Shown: piece by piece, positions 1 through 9,212 of the stretch
Position numbering within the stretch: position 1 is the first letter of the stretch
Layout of the letters: each line of letters starts with the position of its first letter
From: Zygnema circumcarinatum SAG 698-1b
Taxonomy: Eukaryota; Plantae; Zygnematophyceae
DNA: 39,392 nt
NCBI GenBank assembly: GCA_037447605.1
Contig: JBBHKD010000021.1
Coordinates: 1-39,392 of the forward strand
Direction: 5' to 3'
Notes under the pieces: model-generated
Seen by the model: only the letters and a program-made list of their open reading frames with translations
Told to the model about the DNA's origin: nothing
The model's database searches: none
Translations under genes and position numbers: made by a program

Positions 1-25
1 GCGTGTTCGAATGCGTGTGGCTCAC

Positions 26-195
26 AGCTCAAGAACGCTTCTGGTTGCGCCGCATCCGACCGTGCCAGTTGCCGTAGATTTAGGTCACTCAAGTTCCAGG
101 ACGCAGAGGAGTCTTGTTTGTTGCGAATGCCACAATGGTGAAGATGTCCTTGCTTCAAGCGAGCAGATTCAGGATTGGATTGAGGCCGCGGTCCG
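26..195 (-). pseudogene. Possible degenerate exon 2 (LRRNT cap) of the same gene
   Basis: Minus strand has an acceptor-like TTTTTGAAG, fragments SWNLSD / NWHG / VGCGATRSVLEL in different frames, and a phase-2 GTGAG donor at 25. No single open frame. Confidence 0.3.
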
Positions 196-223
196 CTTCA
201 AAAAGCACAAACAGAGGCCCCGC

Positions 224-339
224 TGTAGTGTACAATAGGGGTATAGAACAACGTAGTACACTTTACGGTCCTTAGCTAGTGTCGGCGGTCCTTGGTAGAT
301 TCGGTCACAGTCTAAACAGTGCGCTAGAGCGTTGTTCTT
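224..339 (+). repeat. 5' LTR remnant of element A
   Basis: Near-identical to 2435-2550. Match stops at ...TGTTCTT and the sequence jumps into IN-RT linker coding (DTFKIFYDSDGED...). Confidence 0.9.
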
Positions 340-2417
340 CAGATACATTCAAGATCTTTTATGATTCGGATGGCGAAGATTCAGCGGCGCGAGAAGGAAC
401 GAACGGTGGAGATGCGCCAGTGGGCGTCACGTCACCAGTTCGCGATGGTTTTGACGATGGAGATGCTTCGTCGGGCGCCTCACCGACCGCTGAGATTGAT
501 TCACCATTGTGATGTATCTCCACCGCCAATCGTCCACTGGACGCGTCCAGTCATGAAGCGGTGGGCGCCGACGCAAGAAGATCCTTATACGCCAGTACTT
601 TCGCTGCCCTTTGACCGAATTAATTTCCCGGATCAACCGCCCCAGACATGGAATCACACCTTCTCAATTAACAGACGATGGCTCTACTCGGGCCAGAGCC
701 GCATGTATGGGAGGAACTCGGGGAGCACGGCACCGGAGGCCGTCCAACCGCTACAGCTCCTCCGTGTACGACGTGAGCGGATCGAGAGGCTCGAGGAGGA
801 GAGTACCCAACGACTCCTTAGATTTCGTGGGGATGGCTGAGGCCATGATGGTGAATATAGCCGAGCCCCAATCCCTCTCTGAAGCTTTAGAGGGGGCAGA
901 TGCTGAGAAGTGGGAGACAGCCATTGAGAGCGAGCTAGGGAGTCTCATGGAAAATCAGACGTGGCGGCTGGAGGCATTACCAGCGGGTACGAGAGCGATA
1001 GGCTGCAAGTGGGTCTTTAAGGTGAAACGAAAGTCTGATGGGAGTATCGACAGGTATAAAGCCAGGCTGGTAGCAAAGGGGTTCAGCCAGAAGTACGGGC
1101 TGGACTACTCTGAAACCTTTGCCCCTGTCGTCAAGTTCAACTCCCTCAGGTCCTTGATTTCCATAGCAGCTGCTGAGAAAATGCACGTCCACCAGCTTGA
1201 CATAAAAACTGCCTTTCTCTATGGTGACCTAGAGGAAGAGATCTACATGGACCAGCCAGAGGGCACGGTGAAGGAAGGCGAGGAAAATCTGGTGTGCAGG
1301 CTGGTGAAGCAAGCTGGTGGTGCAAGCTCCTCGCATCTGGTACGAGAAAATTGACCAGCTCTTGCAAGAGAATGGCTTCACCAGATTTCGGACAGACCAT
1401 TCAGTTTACCGCAAGGGAGAGGGGGACGAGCTGATGTATGTAGGAATATACGTGGATGACCTCATCATCATCAGCCCCTCCATGACCGGAATCCAGGACC
1501 TCAAAGATCTGCTCAAGTCTAACTTTCAGATGTCAGACTTAGGAGAGGCAGAATATTTGTTAGGGATCCAGCTCAAGAGGGGGCAGGAGGGGAGCCTATT
1601 TCTCTCGCAGGAGAAATACGCGAAGGACATCCTTCTGAAGTTCGGGATGCAGGACTCCAGGCCTGTTACCAGTCCCATGGACCCCTCCATCCACCTCACA
1701 CGTGCGATGTCGCCCAGGACGGAGAAGGAGGCGAAGGAGATGGCTCGGATTCCGTACAGGTCCGCGATCGGCAGTCTCATGTACCTGATGGTCGGCACGC
1801 GGCCTGACCTGGCCAAAGCGGTCAGCACGGCTTCAAAGTACATGGAAAATCCAGGCCGTACGCATTGGGAAGCGGTCAAACGGATCTTTCGATATGTGAA
1901 AGGTACGACAACTTTTGGGATCAATTATGAAGGAGGTATGAACCAAGTGTACGGATACACTGATGCAGACTGGGGCGGTGATTTCGATACTTCTAAATCA
2001 ACCTCAGGATACGCGTTCATTAATGCGGGCGGCGCGGTGACATGGAGCTCCAAGCTCCAAGATACGGTTGCGCTTTCAAGTACGGAGGCAGAGTACATCG
2101 CGGCCTGCCACGCGTCCAAGGAGGGAATCTGGCTCCTAAACTTTTTCGATGAGTGCCAGCGCCCTCAATATCCGGTACATCTCCTCACCGATAACCAGTC
2201 GTCGATTGCTTTGATAGAGAATCCAGTGTTTCACAAGAGATCGAAGCATATCAGGCTCCAGTATCATTACGTTAGGGAGCAGGTCGAAGACGGACTGCTG
2301 ACCATTGGATTTGTCGGCACAAAAGAACAAGCGGCCGACATGATGACCAAGGGGGCCAACGGGGAAACGGTATGGAAGAATTCCGTACTGATTGGCGTCG
2401 GACCATTTAGTGGCTAG
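340..2417 (+). pseudogene. pol: Copia pol remnant: IN-RT linker, reverse transcriptase, RNase H (frameshifted near 1310)
   Basis: ORFs 611-1354 ([29 protein letters not shown]) and 1317-2417 (YVDD, GYTDADWGGD, SSTEAEY, KHIRLQYH). The SLYGL motif is deleted at the junction. Confidence 0.95.
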
Positions 2418-2434
2418 CGAACCGAGAGGGGGAA

Positions 2435-3255
2435 TGTAGTGTACAATAGGGGTATAGAACAACGTAGTACACTTTACGGTCCTTAGGTAGTGTCGGCGGT
2501 CCTTGGTAGATTCGGTCACTGTCTGAACAGTGCGCTAGAGCGCTGTTCTTAGTGGGAAGACGACAGGTTTAAATAGGACACGTGGAGGGCGGCGATAGGC
2601 CGCGCCACCAGAGGAGTCCGCTTAGTTTGATAAGTGTTCTGTAGACACGTGGCGCGCGACGATAGGTCGCGCGGCTATGAGTTAGCTTAGTACGGATTAT
2701 TGGAGGTGCGAAGGAGCGCGGAAGGTTCAGAGCGACGGAGGAGCTTTCGGAGGAGAGTTTCGGTACGGACACTCCCCTCCCCATGGCGGCCTCTCGAGCT
2801 GAGCTCCTGCGCGGTGCGGAGCGAACTTCAGGAGGCGCGGAGCGACCTTGACGACATGGAGGTGGCACGCGGTGGCACGCGGTGGAACGTTGAGGTGCTT
2901 CAGCGGCTAGTATTTAGGTTACTTAGTGCATAGTTCTAGTTACCCTTAGAACCTTGCATCTCGGCTCGTGGTGCTGAGTGTAGAGGCCTGCTGTATGGGC
3001 AGCAGTAGATAGGTGTGTAGGGCAGAGCATTAGGAATCGCCTGAGGGCTGAATTTCTGTGTGTAACCCTTTCCTATTTATTTTAAGGAGTTTTGAGCCAG
3101 TGGGGGCTTTCTCCTTTACTTCACTTCTCGGTGTCTTTTCTTTCAGCTTTTATTCTTTCCTTCCAGTGTGTGCATTGGGGGTGGGTGTGTTCGCTGAAAT
3201 ACAAGCATGTCTGAGAGTGCAGTGAATGAGAGAGACCAGGCTCTAGTTTCCAACA
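2435..3255 (+). repeat. 3' LTR of element A (821 bp)
   Basis: Follows PPT, TG..CA ends, TSD on right. Contains a GGTGGCACGC-like 10-mer x3 at 2861-2890 and the conserved hairpin at 3084-3116. Confidence 0.93.
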
Positions 3256-3323
3256 CCCGCCGCGGGCAGGCCGCCCCTCCCCTTCTTTCATAGAGGGCGG
3301 GCGGGCGGGCCGCGGCGGCTCAC

Positions 3324-3426
3324 TGTCTCGCGGGTCGATGGCCTTAGCGGCGGCTTCGCGCGGGGCGGCGGCGGCGGCAAAGAGGAGGAGCGCCGCCGCG
3401 AGAGAGAGAGACCGCGCGCGCGCCAT
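3324..3426 (-). CDS. First exon of a secreted/receptor protein gene, probably LRR-RLK (signal peptide MARARSLSLAAALLLFAAAAAPREAAAKAIDPRD)
   Basis: ATG at 3426, basic N-region then hydrophobic h-region, ends ...GAC A|GTGAG (phase-1 donor at 3323). A DPxD end resembles LRR-RLK exon 1 leading into the LRRNT cap. Element A sits in the following intron. Confidence 0.65.
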
Positions 3427-3979
3427 CGCGGCCAAGCGCCCGCCGAAGACACCACGGGACGCGGGGGCGGCTAGAGGCGAGGAGAGGGCGGGGGGGGAGG
3501 GAGGGCGCTTTCCTCCGCCATGGCTTGGGTCAGGGACGTACGGCGGCACGTTACCTTGGACGGTTAGTGTACAGTACAGTACTTTACAGTACAGTATATC
3601 ATGGGGACGCGATACTTTGTACAAATGACGGTTACAATCCACCGACTTTATGTACGGTCAGGATGTTTCCAATGTTCGGAATTATGATCAGTCAATGGGA
3701 TTCATGCCACGTCAAAGTCAACTGAGCTCCATGATTGGCTGCCGGCAGATGGCTGACAATGGCGTATCTGGAATATATGACGTCACAAAACCCGGCCGCC
3801 CGGGACCAATCGTACGGTCTTCCTGGAGGTGCCGCAAATCGCTCGCGGCCGATGTCGCATCGGACGACCGGAAATTGTGATTGGGTCCATCGGATAGTCG
3901 ACAGCGCGCCACGCCACGCCACGTTGCGATCACATTTTTATTGCGTTGCCGTAGGCAAAAGCTTTGTCATCGTTTTCAT

Positions 3980-4378
3980 CCGTACGATGGGTTCGATTAG
4001 ATTGTCAAAGATGAATTTAATGAAAATGGGGAATAGTTACCGCGAGTTTGAAGCTGCCACGTCGCGCGTCCGGATTGGTTGTGCGTTTTGTTGGATCGAA
4101 TGAGCAGAAAATGGGGTATATCGTGTAACCATTCAGTCATTGCCACGTGTCGTTTAATACGTACAACAGCTTTCGATTTGAATGTTTAATGGGATTTACG
4201 GATTCGATTAGGTTGTGAACGATGAATTTAATGAAAATGGGGTATAGTTGCCGCGAGTCTGAAGTTGCCATGTTGCGCGTCCGGATTGGTTGTGCGTTTT
4301 GTTGGATCGAATGCGCAGAAAATGGGGTATATCGCGTAACCATTCAGTCATTGCCACGTGTCGTTTTCTATGTACGAC
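3980..4378. repeat. Tandem duplication, ~211-bp unit x2
   Basis: TTCGATTAG...GATGAATTTAATGAAAATGGGG...CATTCAGTCATTGCCACGTGTCGTTT occurs at 3992 and 4203. Confidence 0.9.
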
Positions 4379-4542
4379 AGAGGGCGGTTTGTATGTTTAC
4401 GGGACCTATTGTTGTAAATAGGGTATGTGTCGCAGCGTGTTACAATTTGTCACGTTGTGCATTCTTATTGGTTCAGCACTATGTCGCTTATCCAATCAGG
4501 TGTTGCCACGTAGCCCTAAAATGGGAAAAAATCCAAAAATAA

Positions 4543-4603
4543 ACCACACACAAACTGAACGACAGAATGAAACCCCATTCTGTCGTCGCAGTTTGTGTGT
4601 GGT
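4543..4603. repeat. 61-bp inverted repeat (15-bp + 11-bp perfect stems)
   Basis: ACCACACACAAACTG/CAGTTTGTGTGTGGT and ACGACAGAATG/CATTCTGTCGT, loop AAACCC. Confidence 0.9.
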
Positions 4604-5780
4604 AAAAAAAAAAATAATAATCAATCTAAATATTACAACATGTGGCCACATGTTGTATTAATTTAGTTTGATTATTTTTTATTTTTTTTTGTTAGTAAAA
4701 GTCACACACGCAATTACAGACAATTACAAACACTGTCACAGGATAAAAAATACAAACAAACAAACACACAAAAAGGCTGAAAAATCTAAAAGTCTCAGAA
4801 AGAGAAAAAAAGAAAAAAAAAACATAATCAATCTAAATATTACAACATGAGGCCTTATGTTGTATTAATTAGTTTGGTTCTATTTTTTTTTTTTTTTTGT
4901 AAAAATCACACACGCAATTACAGACAATTACAAACACTGTCACAGGAAAAAAAATACAAACAAAAAAACACACAAATAGGCTGAAAAATCGAAAAGTCTC
5001 AAAAAGAGAAAAAAAGAAAAAAAAAACATAATCAATCTAAATATTACAACATGAGGCCACATGTTGTATTAATTAGTTTGATTAAATTTTTTTTTTTTTT
5101 TTGTAAAAATCACACACGCAAATACAGCACCCACAAACACTGTCACAGGAAAAAAAATACAAACAAACAAACACACAAAAAGGCTGAAAAATCTAAAAGT
5201 CTCAGAAAGAGAAAAAAAGAAAAAAAAAACATAATCAATCTAAATATTACAACATGAGGCCCCATGTTGTATTAATTAGTTTGGTTCTATTTTTTTTTTT
5301 TTTTTGTAAAAGTCACACACGCAAATACAGCACCCACAAACACTGTCACAGGAAAAAAAATACAAACAAACAAACACAAAAACAGGCTGAAAAATCTAAA
5401 AGTCTCAGAAAGAGAAAAAAAGAAAAAAAAACATAATCAATCTAAATATTACAACATGAGGCCTCATGTTGTATTAATTAGTTTGATTCTATTTTTTTTT
5501 TTTTTTTGTAAAAATCACACACGCAAATACAGCACCCACAAACACTGTCACGGGAAAAAAAATACAAACAAAAAAACACACAAATAGGCTGAAAAATCGA
5601 AAAGTCTCAAAAAGAGAAAAAAAGAAAAAAAAAACATAATCAATCTAAATATTACAACATGAGGCCTTATGTTGTATTAATTAGTTTGATTAAATTTTTT
5701 TTTTTTTTTTGTAAAAATCACACACGCAAATACAGCACCCACAAACACTGTCACAGATAAAAAAAAAAAAAAAAAAAAGA
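4604..5780. repeat. AT-rich tandem repeat, ~204-bp unit, ~5.7 copies, each unit with an internal palindrome
   Basis: ATAATCAATCTAAATATTACAACATG recurs at ~4617, 4824, 5027, 5230, 5433, 5637. The array ends in an A-run. Confidence 0.95.
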
Positions 5781-5838
5781 AATGAAGAAGATGATGATGA
5801 AGAATGAAGAAGATGATGATGAAGACGATGATGAAGAT
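5781..5838. repeat. GAT/GAA trinucleotide low-complexity tract
   Basis: gaagaagatgatgatgaagaatgaagaagatgatgatgaagacgatgatgaagat. Confidence 0.85.
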
Positions 5839-6107
5839 TTCGAACATCGCTCTCTCCAGGACCGGGTCCTTCCGAAACTGTCCAGGGTTATTTGCTGTTC
5901 AGGACAAGAGTGTAAGCGTAAGGAAAAAACTTATTTACATCATGAGCACATTATTATATATTTTTATTTTTGGTAGTTTCCAAAACTTTCAAAACTCGAA
6001 ATTTCCAGATTTCCAGCATTTCAAAATGTCCAGCTTTTCCAAATTTCCAGCTTTTTCCAGCAAATCTTTATAGTCCAGAGGACTGTCTTGGGGACTGACG
6101 GACTTTT

Positions 6108-6109
6108 TG

Positions 6110-6141
<32 letters not shown>

Positions 6142-6270
6142 AGTGACTGACTGACTGACTGACTGACTGATTGACCGACAGACTGACAGACACGGACTGA
6201 ACTTCTGAGTGACTGACTGACAGACGGACAGACAGACTGGCCGACAGACTGACAGACTGACTGACTGACT
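6108..6270. repeat. (GACT)n / GACA / GACG tetranucleotide microsatellite, followed by a TCCTTCC-rich tract to ~6410
   Basis: Direct inspection. Confidence 0.9.
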
Positions 6271-6410
6271 TGTTAGTTAGTAGCCTCCATTCTTCCTCAA
6301 CACCACCTTCGACCTTTCCCCCTTCCACCACACTCCATGTTTCATCCATCCTTCCTTCCTCCTTCCTCCTTCCTTCCTCCTTCCTCAACACCATCACATT
6401 TTTCTTCCTT

Positions 6411-6864
6411 CGCCATGGGTCCCCTACTGCCAGGAGGCAAGACCTTCTAAAGGCGGCAGACCTTCGAAAGACGGCAGAAGGTGACCGGGTCACCTGCTGC
6501 CGCTACTACTTAAGCTGCTCAGCTGCGCTGATTAGATTAACCTCATACTACACGCCAATGGGGGTGTGTAGCGAGCTGAGGCCGAGCCTGTAGTCAAGGG
6601 GAAACTGTGCTGCTAGTCTTGGGAATAGAAAGCGGGGTAGTGCAAGCTGCATTAAGCAGTCTGGGGCTGCTTGAATCTGTTGTACTCCACCTCCAAGGAA
6701 ATCAGAGTTTTATGCCCGGTGGGGCTTTCTCTATCTCAGCGTCTCTTGTCTCACATCTGTCTTGAGCTTTCCTTTCGCGAACAGCTGCTGCGAAGATGTC
6801 TACGACTGAAGAGCCGAGTGGAGGCGACTCTGTCAAAGGTGGTTCCACGATGGAATTACCAACA
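6411..6864 (+). repeat. 5' LTR of B (U3 truncated)
   Basis: Ends GGAATTACCAACA followed by AG-TGGTATCAGAGC. Homologous to 32777-33211. Confidence 0.92.
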
Positions 6865-8513
6865 AGTGGTATCAGAGCTGATGGAGACATTCGGCACACT
6901 ATTCCTGTCTTTAAAGGTACTGACTACAAGGACTGGCGGTGGCATATGATGACCCTCTTGCAGACCAAGAACCTGGTCAAGTACGTGAACGGGAGCATCA
7001 AACCACCGACTGTGGATTCGCCCATGACTGCCGACGAGCTATCAACATGGACGATGAAGGACGCGCAAGTGAGGCTTCTTATCGCCTCAAGCGTCTGAGG
7101 GAACCCTGCGAAGATGCTTCGGGAGCTCACTTCCGCCTACGATATGTGGCAGAAGCTCGCCAACATCTACGACGTCATTGATATTACTGTCAAATTCGAG
7201 CTCTACGATGAGCTGATGCAGATGAAGATGGCCCAAACCGAGGAGTTGACGAACTACGTGATTCGTTTCGACGAACTGATGGCAAAATTCGTAATCGCCA
7301 GGCAGCCTATCGTCAAAGATCATCAGATTGTGAGCTTCCTCAGAGGTTTGCCGATCCGGTTTGCACCAACCATCAACTCCCTAAAGACTTTGCTCGTTCG
7401 ATATCTGCTTACCCTTGAGGAGGTAATAATGCGAGTGAGAGCGGAGGAGAGCACGATCAAAGGATCGAAGAAGTCCGGATCCGAGGACGTGATGGCGATC
7501 GAGCAGAGGAGGCCTCAGAAGAAAAGTGGAGCGCCGGACAGACTTTGTACTTTCTGCAAACGCAAAGGTCACCTTGAAGCCGACTGCCGAACCAAGAAGG
7601 CTGCCCAGGGCAACGCACCGACCCCGAGCGCACCCAAGAAGGACGGCAAGAACAAAGGCAAGGAGATCATCTGCTACAAGTGCGAGCAGCCGAGACACAT
7701 GGCGCGGAACTGCACAGGAGATGTAGCCGCCCAGATGAGCACGAGTATATTGGCTAGTAACACCAAGCACGCACCTTTTGTAAATCAGATTTCTGTTAAT
7801 GAAATTGACTATTCTGATTACTTGCCGTGGCTCATAGATTCAGGTGCTTCAAAGCACATGTGTAGCGACAGGTCACTATTCTCTCACATGCAGACGTTGG
7901 ATGAGTCACGCGCGGTGACGTCAGCCACGGGAGACCAGATCGCCGTCACACAAGGAGTAGTCCAGCTGTCACCACGGGGTGAAGGAACAGCTTCCCAAAT
8001 CAGGATTGGTAGCGTATTGCACACCCCAACCCTTAGAAATAACTTCTTTTCCGTTAGTCAGATCTGCGGGAGTGGATACGAGGGGATTTTCAGGCAGAAT
8101 ACCTGCAAAATAGTGCATAGACAAACCAAGAAAATTTTGTGTCGAGGGACCCAGAGGGGAGGACTATATTACTTAGACTGAAGACCGGTAGAACCGGAAT
8201 TCGTCACATCTGCGCACGCTGAGAGTAGCAAGCGCAAAGAGGGAGCGTCGAAGCCCGCTTTTACAAGCGCGGCCCGCACCCGCAACTCTGTCCACGGTTC
8301 GAAAATCACCGAGCAGGGATTGACCGTAACAGCTCTGGGGAGCAATTGCGATGATGGCGAGACGAAAGTGTGCACTCCACGCAGTGCAACTAGCGGCCAT
8401 GGCTCTACCCGCGCGGACGTTGGGAGCAGCCATTTTCGACGAGCGAAGGACGTTCCGACGGGAACACGCAAAATCGAAACCACGAGCGTCACCGACAAAG
8501 TGAGTGACAAAAA
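6796..8513 (+). pseudogene. gag-pol: B gag (two CCHC knuckles) - protease - spacer; premature stops at 7096 and 8179
   Basis: CTFCKRKGHLEADC, CYKCEQPRHMARNC, WLIDSGASKHM, GLYYLD. The TGA codons align with K and W in paralog E. Confidence 0.93.
6867..6878 (+). promoter_or_regulatory. Primer binding site (tRNA-iMet) of B
   Basis: TGGTATCAGAGC 2 nt after the LTR end. Equivalent PBS at 13637-13648(-), 19466-19477, 21915-21926, 30303-30314(-), 34765-34776(-), 36563-36574(-). Confidence 0.95.
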
Positions 8514-9194
8514 TGTGAGAGGGGCAGAGGGATGAGAAGCAAATTCACCTTCCACCCTTTCTCCCTCTTCACTGTCCATGGAAACTTCCCTCCTGGTGCC
8601 CGCAGCACTCTCACTCATTTTTCACTCACGTGCATACACAACACACGAGAGGCGGAATAGAAAAACGTAGGAGAAAGCTCCCAGCCTAAAACTCCTTTAT
8701 GATGACAAGCTTTCCAACTTAAGCCCCCATAAGCCTAGTCAAGCTTTCACCACATGATCACTTCACCTTCACGTGAGGCAGCTCTCCACACACGGAGACT
8801 CCTCACAAAGGTCCACCTCCTATTGCCAAAGCCATGCCTTCAAACTGCCATAGCCTTGCAATGCGTATCAAGAAGGTTTCTAACTTACACACCCACTCTC
8901 ACTATATAGTATGGGGCTGTGACGTGACCATGTCACGTCACACGCGCCGGGACCATGCATGCAACAACCTTATTCAAACAACCTAAATAAACTACTTCGT
9001 GTCTTGCTATGCATAGTACACCCAGCCTGGCAACGTACCAACACCACCGCCCTAACCCAGATGGCCATGTACTCTACCGCCGGGCTGAACACCCCGCCGT
9101 CCTTCATAAGGACTATCCTCCGTACGCAAAGTAGGCTCCGCCGACTCCACCGACTNNNNNNNNNNCTAATCTGAACTAACTATGTACACTAACA
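8514..9194 (-). repeat. 3' LTR of C (collapsed by N-gap 9156-9165)
   Basis: Matches 13651-14586 on either side of the gap. Confidence 0.93.
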
Positions 9195-9212
9195 TTCCCC
9201 CTCTTTGGCACT

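Larger units (their letters stand above)
224..3255 (+). mobile_element. Ty1/Copia LTR retrotransposon A, internally deleted (most of 5' LTR, gag, PR and IN core lost)
   Basis: TGTAGT... at 224 and ...CCAACA at 3255, flanked by TSD CCCGC (219-223 / 3256-3260). 224-339 matches the start of the 3' LTR at 2435. RT/RNaseH ORFs inside, PPT GAGAGGGGGAA 2424-2434. Confidence 0.95.

Noticed and set aside
3121-3642. 173-aa ORF as a single-exon gene
   Set aside because: It runs from upstream DNA through a splice donor into LTR A; only 3324-3426 looks like a real exon.
4604-5780. CRISPR-like array (palindromic repeats at regular spacing)
   Set aside because: The intervening sequences are near-identical rather than unique spacers, there are no cas genes, and the context is eukaryotic.
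6068-6493. 141-aa SVSQ-repeat ORF, plus small Lys-rich ORFs at 4668-5436
   Set aside because: Translations of microsatellite and satellite DNA.
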